A DNA stretch of 64,000 bases from an uncultured Prevotella sp. (GCA_964487905.1 CAZASQ010000001.1:49613-113612); one strand, 5' to 3'; positions 17,656 through 27,957 are shown, numbered from the stretch's first letter. A program made the numbers and translations. Notes: generated by a model not told the origin, from the sequence alone.

Positions 17656-20377
17656 TCCCTTTTATCATTTGTCGTATCTTCTCGTTGAAAGCATCATCTC
17701 CTTGCAACTGATTCAGCGTAAAAGGCATACGATTACTCCAATAATTATCCCCCTCAAGAGTTCTCCCCATGCACGCCGTCCGAATGCCTACGGCATACGA
17801 AGTTCCGCTGATAGCCAGCCAGTCTTGCATATTCAACACGCAAAACATGGATGGGCCATGCAAATGGCGAGCCACTATCTCCTCGGCCAAAGCAGGAGAC
17901 AAGTGGCAGGGAGCAAACATTTCTTTCTGCAAAACGGACATGGCATAACGCTGCGCACGTGGCAAACACTCCTCCCACCACTGCTGCAACGAATCCGAAC
18001 CTAACGCACTGGCTGCCACCAAACTCCGATAAGGATTCTTTTCTAGCTGCCCAAAATCCGCATCTCCACTTTTTGAAGAAACTGAAATGCAGGAAGGGAG
18101 CACACCATGCGCGGCCAACACTTCGTCCCAGCCGCACAAATTCGCCCCATCACCACCAGCAACAACCAGCATACGTGTGCGGCCAACAGCCTCCGCAAAG
18201 AAACGATTGGCACAACAATGCCACAATGCCTCATGCCGATTGCCAAAATAGTGACGATAAACACGGTGATAAGCACGCCTTTCCTCTTCGTTCAACATCC
18301 GAAACGCCGAAGTGTGCAAACCATCAAAGCGGGGATGGAACTCACCCAATCGATGAACATCTTCCACAAACAGCACATTGGCAGCAAGCCGCCGTAGTCC
18401 ATTCTGGACATAAAGGCTACTTTCATCGGTTCTTCCTTCAAAAACGTGCTGCAAACGCGCAGGAGAAGCCACTTCCTCACGCAACCGATAAAAGCCATTG
18501 GAAGAAGGAAGAAGATATTGGCTCTTCACTTTCTCCGCACAAAGCCCAAAGAGTTGACCCACAATTGCATCATCAATCCATGGCCGCGCATACATATCGC
18601 GCGGCCATTTCAAGCCGAACATCGCTAACTCTTCAACTGACAAGGGCAAAGAGGAGCTGTATTGCCCCATAGTGGCACTGACTTGATGACGCGGAACCAC
18701 CCACGCCGAAACACAAGAGATGGCTTGCGGAAGATGAATGGCATCAAAAAAAACAGCCGTTCTCTTCATTCTGCGATGCCACCATGCAGTGAACGCAGCT
18801 TGTTGTTGCCCTGTAACTGGCTTTTTAAACGGTATGAGCGTGGAGATACTGCCTTCCGGAGTTACATTCGATGGCTTCCGTGCCAGCAATACAGCATCAT
18901 CAAACAAATCGGAATACAGCCATCGGTCTACGCAATCGGGACAAACGCCAGCAGGAACGTCTGTCATCAAGACCACACCATGCGAGCGCGCATAGTCGGA
19001 AACGGATTTTAACTGCCGATGCAAATGATACTGGACGTATTCTATCTTATGTATTTCCCGTTCAAGAGATGGAGCAAGGCGCGCTGTTCCCTCTAAAATC
19101 TTTTCACAACAAGCACTCCACTCAGCCCTTTCCACCGCACAGCTTGCAGCCAAGTCCTTATACAGGACACAAAAAACAGCATAAGGGATTAACCAAAAAG
19201 CATTCTTTTGGCGAAACTCCTTGAACGCTTGTGAAGCCAAGACCGTACCTCCTTCTTCCTCAAACCGCCGCCAAGCGTATTCAGACTTCACTCGCCACAC
19301 GGCCTCATCATCTATTTTGCCTAACGCTTCCAGTTCTTTTCGCTTCTCACGGAAACGTCTCATTGCTACCTTATCGGCTATTTCGCCTAACGCAACTAAA
19401 TCTAAATATTGCGGATGGAGGGCACAAGAGGATACAGAATGGTATGGATTATTGTCCCGACTATCTCCTTTCAAAACGGTATCATGCAACGGAGGCAAGT
19501 GAATTATCCGCATCCCGACACTTATTGCCCAATCCACCAGACTGCGTAAGTCACCAAAATCGCCAACGCCACAAGACTGTTCTGAGCGCAATACCGCCAA
19601 TGGCACACTGACACCTGCACCAAGCCATCGCCTTTCGGGTAACCTTACAAGAGAACCAAAAAGCACCAAAGCCTCGCCATCTGCCAACAAATAACTGCCT
19701 GTTGAGCGGTTGTCGCCTTCCTCCCACTGCTTCAGACGGTGGCTTTGCCGGTCTATCACAACGTATTTATACTCCAATGGCAAAGCCACATTGTCAACTC
19801 GCACCGTCATCGTCCACTCCTGCTCCCCCATTCGCCACATACGCACAGCGCAAGAAGGATTCCAATCACCCAAAACTGGATGATTTCCACAAATGGCCAA
19901 CTCTTCGTTGTCTTCCAATTGTGGCGCAAAAACACGGAACAAAATCGTCCGCCGAAACACAGGCAAGCGTGTCTGACACAGCCCTTCATTGTTTTTCTGC
20001 TTACCTTCTCGCCACTGTTGCCGCCAAACTCTGAAAGCCGAGGTGAAAAGAATACACGAGGAGGGTGACTCCTGCCACGAATCGGAAAACACATAATGAA
20101 CAGACGTTTCGAAAACGTAAGCCCGCTCAGCCCCACGCCACTCCCGCCGCTCTACAGAACCATCTCCGTTTTCTACTTGATAGTAATAAGAGAACGAGAC
20201 ATAAGGACGATGCGCACCATCGGGGAGCGTTGTTTCCAACGCCCAACAGTCCCCGCCTTGCGGCATCATCAAAAGATTTTCTGTGCGTTCTCTGCCATCA
20301 CGATAGCAATACGTTATGAGAACATGAAGCGTTTGCCCCCATAATACACCGTAATGTATGGAGAATTTCAGTCTCAT
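17645..20377 (-). CDS. malQ: 4-alpha-glucanotransferase (GH77 amylomaltase) with N-terminal starch-binding (CBM20-like) modules
   Basis: About 910 aa. The track ORF starts at a TTG (20395), but I prefer the ATG at 20377. The N-terminal CBM-like repeats are (M)RLKFSIHYGV.WGQ.L and FRVFAPQL...LAICGNHPVLGDWN. The GH77 core includes GVGDFGDL..LVDWA. Confidence 0.85.
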   Translation of the reverse strand: MRLKFSIHYGVLWGQTLHVLITYCYRDGRERTENLLMMPQGGDCWALETTLPDGAHRPYVSFSYYYQVENGDGSVERREWRGAERAYVFETSVHYVFSDSWQESPSSCILFTSAFRVWRQQWREGKQKNNEGLCQTRLPVFRRTILFRVFAPQLEDNEELAICGNHPVLGDWNPSCAVRMWRMGEQEWTMTVRVDNVALPLEYKYVVIDRQSHRLKQWEEGDNRSTGSYLLADGEALVLFGSLVRLPERRWLGAGVSVPLAVLRSEQSCGVGDFGDLRSLVDWAISVGMRIIHLPPLHDTVLKGDSRDNNPYHSVSSCALHPQYLDLVALGEIADKVAMRRFREKRKELEALGKIDDEAVWRVKSEYAWRRFEEEGGTVLASQAFKEFRQKNAFWLIPYAVFCVLYKDLAASCAVERAEWSACCEKILEGTARLAPSLEREIHKIEYVQYHLHRQLKSVSDYARSHGVVLMTDVPAGVCPDCVDRWLYSDLFDDAVLLARKPSNVTPEGSISTLIPFKKPVTGQQQAAFTAWWHRRMKRTAVFFDAIHLPQAISCVSAWVVPRHQVSATMGQYSSSLPLSVEELAMFGLKWPRDMYARPWIDDAIVGQLFGLCAEKVKSQYLLPSSNGFYRLREEVASPARLQHVFEGRTDESSLYVQNGLRRLAANVLFVEDVHRLGEFHPRFDGLHTSAFRMLNEEERRAYHRVYRHYFGNRHEALWHCCANRFFAEAVGRTRMLVVAGGDGANLCGWDEVLAAHGVLPSCISVSSKSGDADFGQLEKNPYRSLVAASALGSDSLQQWWEECLPRAQRYAMSVLQKEMFAPCHLSPALAEEIVARHLHGPSMFCVLNMQDWLAISGTSYAVGIRTACMGRTLEGDNYWSNRMPFTLNQLQGDDAFNEKIRQMIKGSGR

Positions 20378-20496
20378 GCCATCAATAACCGCCAACGGTT
20401 TCCAAACTGCGCCTCACCATATCGCAATGATGCACACAGCAAACACTTGACCTCTCCACACCCAACATCAGCACACGCCACTCATAAGTTCCCCTA

Positions 20497-22890
20497 TCAG
20501 AACTCAACCGTGATGCGTCCATTGATTTGACGTCCAGTAAGGTAGTTCGGAACGGCATATTGCTGCCCCGTAACGTCAGTGATCCAATAGTAACTGTTAA
20601 CATTGTTGATGCCAAAAAGGTTGAGACAGTCCAACCCAAGCCACACATTGCGGAATATAGACGGCTTTCCGCCATCGTGATTGTCGTAAAGACGATAGCT
20701 CATACCTATGTCTGCGCGCTTGTAAGCGGGCGCACGGAACGTGTTACTTTCCAACTCACGGTGCGGAGCCGAGAAAGGAAGACCGTCAGCATAGGCCAAA
20801 CGCAAGCTCATACGCCAACGCGTGGTACCCGGGAAATAATCCGTGAAATAGAGATTGATGGCATATCGCTGGTCGGTGGGGAGCGGAAGGCTCACCCCGT
20901 TAAGTTTCATACGCGTGCTCATCAAACTGAATGTAAGCCAAGAGGTCGTTTCGGGAACAAACTCACCAAACAACTTCAAGTCAATACCTGCGGCATGACC
21001 CGATGCCTCCTGATCGCCAAAGTACGTAACCTTGACATTATCCACCACATAAGGAGTCAGACGGGAAAGTATCTTATAATACAATTCCGCACTGAACTTA
21101 AACGGCCGTTCCATCATTCGGAAACTATAGTCCATCGCACCTACTATATGGACAGAACTTTGAGCCCGTATATTCCGATTCAGATTGGCATACGTAACTC
21201 CGGAGATGGTGGTTGTGTCGCGCAATTCCTTATAGAACGGAGCTTGATAGTAGAGACCCGTAGCCACACGGAAAGCCAAATTGCGATTCCATCCCGGCAC
21301 CACATTCAGCGAAACGCGCGGAGAGAAGAGGCTCTCCCCATTGAAATTCCAATGAGCAAAGCGTACTCCGTAGCTCAAAGTATAAAGCGTTGGAACACTG
21401 TCGCGGCTTTGGAAACTCCAATTGTCTTGCAAATAGCCCTCAAAGCGATTAGCTCTCAACTCATTGCGAGCACGAAGAGAATAGATCATATTCAAATTCT
21501 CACCCGTGTGCGGAATATTATAGCCGGCCGAATCACGATACTCATACTCCGAAGAATTTTCGCGAATGCGCTCCAACTTATAAATCAATGCACCCTCAAC
21601 ATTATGATGCTGCGTCCGACGGTTCACCATCAGTTTCAGCGCACCAGTCGTTGCCTTTAGGTAATCGCGAGAATGCTGCATATAAGTGCCTACGCCCAGA
21701 TTCTCAGACGTTTCTGTTTGCGTCAGCCAATACTGCCCTTGTATGTCATAACGTTCCTGCTCCTTGGTCGTAAACACCGAGGCCAGCAACGAAACCGACG
21801 TCTTATTGTCCTTCAAGTGATGCGTAAGCCCCAGCGAGCCGAAGAAAGTGCGGAACAGATCCTTCTCCTTGCCATCGAAATAGACTTGGAAATTCTTCAC
21901 ATTCTCCATCGTACCAAAGTTAGTATTACGGTCTTCCGGCTCAAAGTTGTAATGGTTATCCGAAATATTTCCTATGAAATCTATCTGCCAACGCTTGGAG
22001 GGCTGCCACGAGAAGTAAGTCTGATAATCTATAAAATTAGGATTATACTCTCCCTTTGTCTCCAAAGACCCTAACAAATAACGATTGGTCTTATAGCGGA
22101 ATCCATTCGTCCACGTGAATTTCTTCGCCGCCAACCCCACATAAGCACTCGCCCCAAGCAATGAAGCCGTAACTTTGGCCTCGGTGCGGTTCGGACGCTT
22201 GTAAACAATATCAAGAGCCGAACTCATCTTGTCGCCATATTTAGCCTCAAAGCCTCCGCTGGAAAAGCCCACCGACTGCACCATATCGGGATTGATAATG
22301 GAAAGTCCCTCCTGCTGTCCGCTGCGCACGAGGAACGGACGGAACACCTCCACATTGTTAATATAGACAGAATTCTCATCAAATGAGCCACCGCGCACAT
22401 TGTATTGCGATGTCAGCTCCGAGTGAGTGCTCACGCCCGCCTGCGTCTGAATCATCTCCTCTACGGCATTTCCCGTAGCCGAAGGGCCTTGGCGCACATT
22501 ATCAAGGTCGAGCTGCTCCGTAGTTCCCTGACGTTTTTTCTTTCCCTCAACCGTCACCTCGCCCAACTCGTTGTCATCCGAAAGCTGAATGAGAAGCGTT
22601 TGCCGCCCTTTGGGGTTGCGGAGCACGCGGGTCTTCGTCTTATAGCCTACCATAGAGAAGCGTACCGCCACACTATCAGAACTTTGCAGCGTCATATTAA
22701 ACTCGCCCTTGAGGTTGGTCATGGACAGTTTCCCTTGCGACACCACCATCACAGAAGCCAGTTCTATGGGGTTGCCATTTGAGTCAGAGACTTTTCCCTG
22801 AAGCGTAAACGATTGCGCACTCATCCCTGCACTAACCAAAACAAGCGCAAGCAAGGCTATAATGTGTCGGACAAATTTCATATAATTCAT
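20497..22890 (-). CDS. TonB-dependent receptor with an N-terminal carboxypeptidase-regulatory-like domain
   Basis: 797 aa with a signal peptide. The CarbopepD_reg-like region is FTLQGKVSDSNGNPIELASVMV...GEF and the plug is NVRGGSFDENSVYINNVEV. A long barrel ends in an aromatic terminal residue (VEF). Confidence 0.85.
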   Translation of the reverse strand: MNYMKFVRHIIALLALVLVSAGMSAQSFTLQGKVSDSNGNPIELASVMVVSQGKLSMTNLKGEFNMTLQSSDSVAVRFSMVGYKTKTRVLRNPKGRQTLLIQLSDDNELGEVTVEGKKKRQGTTEQLDLDNVRQGPSATGNAVEEMIQTQAGVSTHSELTSQYNVRGGSFDENSVYINNVEVFRPFLVRSGQQEGLSIINPDMVQSVGFSSGGFEAKYGDKMSSALDIVYKRPNRTEAKVTASLLGASAYVGLAAKKFTWTNGFRYKTNRYLLGSLETKGEYNPNFIDYQTYFSWQPSKRWQIDFIGNISDNHYNFEPEDRNTNFGTMENVKNFQVYFDGKEKDLFRTFFGSLGLTHHLKDNKTSVSLLASVFTTKEQERYDIQGQYWLTQTETSENLGVGTYMQHSRDYLKATTGALKLMVNRRTQHHNVEGALIYKLERIRENSSEYEYRDSAGYNIPHTGENLNMIYSLRARNELRANRFEGYLQDNWSFQSRDSVPTLYTLSYGVRFAHWNFNGESLFSPRVSLNVVPGWNRNLAFRVATGLYYQAPFYKELRDTTTISGVTYANLNRNIRAQSSVHIVGAMDYSFRMMERPFKFSAELYYKILSRLTPYVVDNVKVTYFGDQEASGHAAGIDLKLFGEFVPETTSWLTFSLMSTRMKLNGVSLPLPTDQRYAINLYFTDYFPGTTRWRMSLRLAYADGLPFSAPHRELESNTFRAPAYKRADIGMSYRLYDNHDGGKPSIFRNVWLGLDCLNLFGINNVNSYYWITDVTGQQYAVPNYLTGRQINGRITVEF

Positions 22891-23012
22891 ACAAATATAA
22901 CGTCCTTTATCAACTATTATTGCATCGCACTACCAATGCTACACGACAAGGAAAACAAGTTCACAAAGCAAATATTCCTCCAACAAAAACAGCGCAAAGC
23001 GACCTACCTTCT

Positions 23013-23095
23013 CAAACCATTCCCTTTGCCCTCCCAAACCTTACGTTTTGGCGTGCAAAAGGTATGGTTTCGCCACGCTAAAGGTAACCTTTTCC
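23013..23095. repeat. Copy 3 of the 22-bp-periodic intergenic repeat (4 units)
   Basis: The units are caaaccattcccttt, caaaccttacgtttt, caaaaggtatggtttc and ctaaaggtaacctttt. They start at 23013, 23035, 23056 and 23078. Confidence 0.8.
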
Positions 23096-23179
23096 AGACG
23101 ATCAACACAACACAGTCACACCAAACAAAAGCTATTGCCTTTTTTAACACAAAAATCCATGCAGCCATTATAATTTTCT

Positions 23180-23187
23180 TACCTTTG
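23180..23187 (+). promoter_or_regulatory. -7 promoter box (TACCTTTG)
   Basis: An exact TAnnTTTG match 29 nt upstream of the ATG at 23216. Confidence 0.55.
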
Positions 23188-23215
23188 CACGGGAAAAAAG
23201 CAAAACCAAAAGAAG

Positions 23216-23644
23216 ATGAGAAAGAAGATTCTACTTGCCCTCATGGCTCTCATTGCCAGCCTTGCCACACACGCACAAGCAGAGCAAGACAGTACAACTT
23301 TCAAGGGGCACATCGAGAATGCCGAATACCAAGTGTGGATAGACATGGACTTCTATCACAACAACATCGTCACGCCAGGACAAGAAATATTTGGCGCAGT
23401 GCCTGGCTACTTCGGCGCACGCCGAGACACACGCAAATGGATTATAGTTGACGCAGAACTGAAAGGGAAAAGCGCATTGCTGACCATCACCAACGACTAC
23501 GGAAGCGAGGACTTGCGGGCACGCCTAACGCTGGAACACGATGGCACATACACGCTGGAACGCTTGGAAGGCAGCACGATAAAGATTGTTGTCAACCACA
23601 AATGGGTGAAAATTCCCAAGCGGCTGACCCTAATAAAGAAGTAA
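23216..23644 (+). CDS. Hypothetical secreted protein (142 aa)
   Basis: A clear signal peptide (MRKKILLALMALIASLATHAQA). I recognise no family. Confidence 0.6.
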   Translation: MRKKILLALMALIASLATHAQAEQDSTTFKGHIENAEYQVWIDMDFYHNNIVTPGQEIFGAVPGYFGARRDTRKWIIVDAELKGKSALLTITNDYGSEDLRARLTLEHDGTYTLERLEGSTIKIVVNHKWVKIPKRLTLIKK

Positions 23645-23753
23645 GACACTATTCCGCAAAAGCCCGGCGGCACCCTTTTCCGCCATGCGGCCGTCTGTTC
23701 TCGTGGCCAAGTGTACTCTTTCAACTCAAAGAGTATACTTAGCCATGAAAGCA

Positions 23754-24410
23754 TCACTCAGAAACAACCTGCTGCTCAAGCCACGAAAAAGAAGGAATTT
23801 CCGCATAATCGGCCATCACATAATCGCTTAAAGGCGCGATTACATCGGCAGAATTAGTGGTGGAAAGACCTATCACCACCGCACCAGACGCACGCCCACT
23901 CTTCAACCCATTGATACTATCCTCAAAAACAAGGCTTTGGGCAGGAGGCACTCCCATTCTCTCCGCAGCAAGCAGATAGCAATCAGGCGCAGGCTTTGAC
24001 CGCTGGCAATCCTCAGAAGTGAGTATGGCATCAAAATATTCGCGAAACTCAGGATGAGAACGGTATACGCTCGCCATCTTCTTTTGGTTTGAGCTTGTCA
24101 CGATGGCCGTTTTCAATCCCGCCTCGCGCACAAGAGCAACAAATTTCTCAAATCCTTTGATATAAGAAAAATCCAGCTGACGCTCGTAGGCATCCAGTTC
24201 GTCCTCTATAACTCGCTGCCTTTCCTTGTCCCCGGCAAAATAACTGTCAAATATTTGTGTCAGCGTCTGGCCTTTTATCTTACTGGCCAACAGTGCATCT
24301 TCGGGATAATACCTCTGAAAAATCCGCTTCCAGAAGACAGTATATTGAGACTCCGTGTCGAGCACGACCCCATCCAAATCAAAAAGTACAGCCTTAAACA
24401 TTTTATTCAT
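23754..24410 (-). CDS. HAD-superfamily phosphatase (beta-phosphoglucomutase-like subfamily IA)
   Basis: Motif I FDLDGVVLDT, motif II VTSS, and FEDSINGL. Confidence 0.8.
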   Translation of the reverse strand: MNKMFKAVLFDLDGVVLDTESQYTVFWKRIFQRYYPEDALLASKIKGQTLTQIFDSYFAGDKERQRVIEDELDAYERQLDFSYIKGFEKFVALVREAGLKTAIVTSSNQKKMASVYRSHPEFREYFDAILTSEDCQRSKPAPDCYLLAAERMGVPPAQSLVFEDSINGLKSGRASGAVVIGLSTTNSADVIAPLSDYVMADYAEIPSFSWLEQQVVSE

Positions 24411-24449
24411 GAATTTTCATTTGCGTTGCAAAGTTAAAAAAATAATTCG

Positions 24450-24457
24450 TAACTTTG
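24450..24457 (+). promoter_or_regulatory. -7 promoter box (TAACTTTG)
   Basis: An exact match 9 nt upstream of the ATG at 24466, implying a very short leader. Confidence 0.5.
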
Positions 24458-24465
24458 CCACGAAT

Positions 24466-25221
24466 ATGCATCAGAAAACCCTTCAGCTATGTCTGACCAT
24501 CCTTTGGGTAGCCATATCACTCACAGGCTGCGGCCACCAAGGAAAGCCCAAGCCACTGACTACCCCGCTCGACAGCATCACGGTTGACACAACAGCCGTG
24601 CTTGAACATGGCGACTTATGCAAAGTACACTTGAAAATGTTCTTTTTCAAAGGAAGCAACGCCGCCACACTCAACGACTCACTGTTGCGCATGGGGATTC
24701 TTCAGCCCGATTATATGGCCACCAGCTACGAGCAGCTCAACCCACGCACGGCATTACCCACCTATGTGCGCCGCTTGATAGAAGAGCAAGCGGACGTTTT
24801 TCGCGGTATTCGCCGCTGCGAGCCTAACACAGCCCAGCTACGCTTTGAACTAAGCGTAGACACGGAGGTTCTTGCAGGAGCTGACGATGCCATAATCTAC
24901 GCGGCACACACGCGCACAACCACCAATGACAACTCTTTGGCGTGGACCGTTGTACGCAACATGACACCTAAGGGCAAATGGATTCGGCTTTCTGATGCTT
25001 TCAGCGAAGATGAACTAAAAGAACTGCCAAGCCAAATCATAAGCCAAATGGCGGAAAAACTCAATTTGGACGACACAGCTTCTGTAAGGAAGCAAGGCTA
25101 TTTCTGCGGTATTGATGCCTACGCGACCGACAATTTCATGCTCTTTGATGACAGTGTGAAATTCATCTATGCCCCTGGCGAGATTAGCCTTGCCCCCATT
25201 TCCGTAACATTAAACAGATAA
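24466..25221 (+). CDS. Lipoprotein, possibly of the DUF3298/DUF4163 (RsiV/PdaC-like) type
   Basis: I prefer the ATG at 24466, which gives the lipobox VAISLTGC. The C-terminal FIYAPGEISLAPISVTL resembles the end of the DUF3298 domain. The upstream part of track ORF 24355.. overlaps the divergent HAD gene. Confidence 0.55.
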   Translation: MHQKTLQLCLTILWVAISLTGCGHQGKPKPLTTPLDSITVDTTAVLEHGDLCKVHLKMFFFKGSNAATLNDSLLRMGILQPDYMATSYEQLNPRTALPTYVRRLIEEQADVFRGIRRCEPNTAQLRFELSVDTEVLAGADDAIIYAAHTRTTTNDNSLAWTVVRNMTPKGKWIRLSDAFSEDELKELPSQIISQMAEKLNLDDTASVRKQGYFCGIDAYATDNFMLFDDSVKFIYAPGEISLAPISVTLNR

Positions 25222-25223
25222 TC

Positions 25224-25844
25224 ATGAAAGAAATTCTAAAATATTTCAAGGCACTCAGCGAGCAACAAATCCATCAACTGGAACAGCTTGGGGCACTCTA
25301 TCGGGATTGGAACAGCAAAATCAACGTCATATCGCGCAAGGACATCGACAATCTCTATGAGCACCACATACTCCACTCACTTGCCATTGCGCAAATGACA
25401 CGTTTCCGTCCGGGAACAAGCATTCTTGATTTTGGCACAGGAGGCGGCTTTCCGGGTATTCCCCTCGCCATCATGTTTCCCGAAGTGACGTTCAAACTCA
25501 TTGACCGAACCGCGAAAAAGATTCACGTAGCCAATGAGGTGGCCAAAGCCATCGGCCTTAAAAACGTATGCGCCGTGCAGAAAAGCGGCGAGGAAGAGAA
25601 AGGCAAGTTCGACTTTATCGTGTCAAGGGCGGTTATGCCTCTCCCCGACTTGGTACGCATCGTCCGCAAGAATGTCAGCAAAGAGCAACACAATGCTTTG
25701 CCCAACGGCCTCATTGTCTTGAAAGGGGGAGACCTTAACGCAGAAATTCAGCCTTTTCACAAGACTGCTGAGAAAGAAGCTATTAGTCAATGGTTTGAAG
25801 AGGAATGGTTCAAGGAAAAGTTCCTTGTTTATCTTCCTCTATAA
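25224..25844 (+). CDS. rsmG: 16S rRNA (guanine527-N7)-methyltransferase
   Basis: The pattern LYRDWNSKINVIS....I..LYEHHILHSL is present with the SAM motif DFGTGGGFPGIPLAI. 206 aa. Confidence 0.88.
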   Translation: MKEILKYFKALSEQQIHQLEQLGALYRDWNSKINVISRKDIDNLYEHHILHSLAIAQMTRFRPGTSILDFGTGGGFPGIPLAIMFPEVTFKLIDRTAKKIHVANEVAKAIGLKNVCAVQKSGEEEKGKFDFIVSRAVMPLPDLVRIVRKNVSKEQHNALPNGLIVLKGGDLNAEIQPFHKTAEKEAISQWFEEEWFKEKFLVYLPL

Positions 25845-25892
25845 AAGCAGACTTCAAGGACGGGATATATAAACACTCAACGCTAAGAAATC

Positions 25893-26564
25893 ATGGAAAA
25901 AAGCAACAATACGAAAAGCGGCATAACCATTAGGTGCTTCGAATTCAACATGCTTCGTGAGAACTGCTACGTGGTTTTCGACGAGACAAAAGAATGTGTT
26001 GTGATCGACTGCGGTGCTTATTGGGAAGATGAGCGGGAAGCACTATTGGAATACATCCAAAAGAACGAGTTGCGCCCAGTGAGACTTCTCGCAACACATG
26101 GCCACTTAGACCATCACTTCGGAGACAACACCGTGTCTGAGGCTTTTGGAATTTACCCAGAGGTTTCTGCAGAGGACGAGTTTATCATCAAAACACTTCA
26201 TCACCAAGCAGAGCAACTGTTCCACATACGTCTGGACTATACGTTCCCGCCCGTGAAACACTTCCTTGGCGACTACGAGAAAATCCGCTTTGGAAATCAC
26301 CAATTCACCGTACTCCCCACCCCAGGCCACACTTATGGCTCTGTAACTTTCTATTGCGAGGAGGAGAGTGTGGCCTTTACTGGCGATACTCTTTTCAAAG
26401 GAAGCATCGGCCGCACCGATTTGGATGGGGGAAGTATGTTCCAAATGATTAACAGCTTGCGTGAACTGGCTCAATTACCCGATGATACGCGTATTATGCC
26501 CGGACATGGTACACCGACAACCATTGGATACGAAGTAGCACATAACCCGTACTTGGATCGCTGA
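25893..26564 (+). CDS. MBL-fold metallo-hydrolase (glyoxalase II-like)
   Basis: THGHLDH (HxHxDH), PGHTYGS, and GDTLF.GSIGRTD motifs. Confidence 0.85.
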   Translation: MEKSNNTKSGITIRCFEFNMLRENCYVVFDETKECVVIDCGAYWEDEREALLEYIQKNELRPVRLLATHGHLDHHFGDNTVSEAFGIYPEVSAEDEFIIKTLHHQAEQLFHIRLDYTFPPVKHFLGDYEKIRFGNHQFTVLPTPGHTYGSVTFYCEEESVAFTGDTLFKGSIGRTDLDGGSMFQMINSLRELAQLPDDTRIMPGHGTPTTIGYEVAHNPYLDR

Positions 26565-27127
26565 TGGGCGAGAAAATCATCCTCGGAATAGATCCTGGCA
26601 CCAACGTCATGGGCTATGGAGTACTGAAGGTGACAGGCAACAAAGCACAACCTGTGGTCATGGGTGTCATTGATATGCGGAACGAGCCGGATGTGTATCT
26701 CCGGCTGGGGCAAATCTATGAGCGGATAACCAGAGTTATCGACACTTACCTGCCAGACGAGATGGCCATAGAGGCTCCTTTCTTTGGCAAGAACGTGCAG
26801 TCAATGCTGAAACTCGGAAGAGCGCAAGGCGTAGCCATCGCCGCAGCTGTCCGTCACGATGTGCCCATACACGAGTATGCCCCCTTAAAGATAAAAATGG
26901 CCATCACGGGCAACGGAAGCGCATCAAAAGAGCAAGTTGCCGGTATGCTGAAACGACTGCTGGGACTGCGCAATGACGAGATGCCGCACCTCATGGATGC
27001 AACTGATGCGCTTGCTGCTGCCTATTGCCATTTCCTGCAAATGGGGCGTCCCGAAACGGGAGCAAAACATTACAGCTCATGGAAAGAGTTTGCACTAAAG
27101 AATCAACGCCGCGTCAGCGGGAAATAA
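26564..27127 (+). CDS. ruvC: Crossover junction endodeoxyribonuclease RuvC
   Basis: ILGIDPGTNVMGYGVL (catalytic Asp), EAPFFGKNVQS, and DATDALAAAYCH. The start overlaps the preceding stop by 1 nt. Confidence 0.9.
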   Translation: MGEKIILGIDPGTNVMGYGVLKVTGNKAQPVVMGVIDMRNEPDVYLRLGQIYERITRVIDTYLPDEMAIEAPFFGKNVQSMLKLGRAQGVAIAAAVRHDVPIHEYAPLKIKMAITGNGSASKEQVAGMLKRLLGLRNDEMPHLMDATDALAAAYCHFLQMGRPETGAKHYSSWKEFALKNQRRVSGK

Positions 27128-27162
27128 AACGAATTTGAACACAAAATTACATCAATTTAATT

Positions 27163-27672
27163 ATGAGAAGCTTTATTATCTTCGCACTCATGGTTTTGTC
27201 CGTGAACACTTTGCAGGCACAACGCGTATACAAGCAAATCTACGATGCCGCCTACAAAATCGCAAGCGATCCAAAGGAAGATCCTACCGTCAGAAAGGTA
27301 GAGTCGTTCAAGGTAGATGCCATCACCTACCTCAACACAAAAACACTTACGCAGCTTACTGAGGAAAGCGACAAGCTAACTCCCCAGCAAGTGGCAAGCC
27401 TTAACAACCGTCTCGACTCCATGGCGTACTATATGTACGATTATGTGAACCTCTTCACCAAAGAATATGCCAAGGCGAAGAACGAGAAACAACGCGAGAA
27501 GGTGATGGAGTTTTTCCGTATTGCAAGCTACAACACGCCACTGTATTATGACCCTGACAAGGAATTAGTGTTGGCGTATTACAATCGTGAAGATTATCTG
27601 ACACGTTTCTCACTCGACACTGACTGGATTGTAGCCAATAGGATTGTACGCCAAATGCTGAAAAACAATTAA
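27163..27672 (+). CDS. Hypothetical secreted protein (169 aa)
   Basis: Signal peptide MRSFIIFALMVLSVNTLQAQ. The rest is predicted helical and I recognise no family. Confidence 0.55.
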   Translation: MRSFIIFALMVLSVNTLQAQRVYKQIYDAAYKIASDPKEDPTVRKVESFKVDAITYLNTKTLTQLTEESDKLTPQQVASLNNRLDSMAYYMYDYVNLFTKEYAKAKNEKQREKVMEFFRIASYNTPLYYDPDKELVLAYYNREDYLTRFSLDTDWIVANRIVRQMLKNN

Positions 27673-27807
27673 AGCAACGATTTTACATTCCCCTAAACAC
27701 CCCACATCCCTTTCAACATCAAGGTGGCCCAACCTGCTGGGCTTAACGAGACAAGGCCCAAACATTCCACACACCGTTCCATTTCAAGAGGAAAGAACAC
27801 GATTGAA

Positions 27808-27851
27808 GCGAAGTGATTGCTGAAAGACAAGGCCATCACTTCGCCTTTTTT
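27808..27851 (+). terminator. Intrinsic terminator 136 nt downstream of the 27163..27672 gene
   Basis: Stem gcgaagtgat (27808-27817) / atcacttcgc (27835-27844) followed by cTTTTTT. Confidence 0.6.
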
Positions 27852-27957
27852 ATTCACTAACAAACAATATGGGGATGAAATCAAATGATCTCAACCCCAT
27901 ATTGCACCTTGCTTTCTACATGAAAGAAAGCTCAAAGCACTTAAATATCCCCTTACT

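Noticed and set aside
22813-23451. ORFs 22813..23451, 31161..31766 and 40577..40975 (+), which share QKVWF/QYVWF-like peptide strings
   Set aside because: The shared strings arise from translating the conserved intergenic repeat. The ORFs otherwise span promoters or neighbouring real genes and have no coding character. They are useful only as evidence that the repeat copies are homologous.
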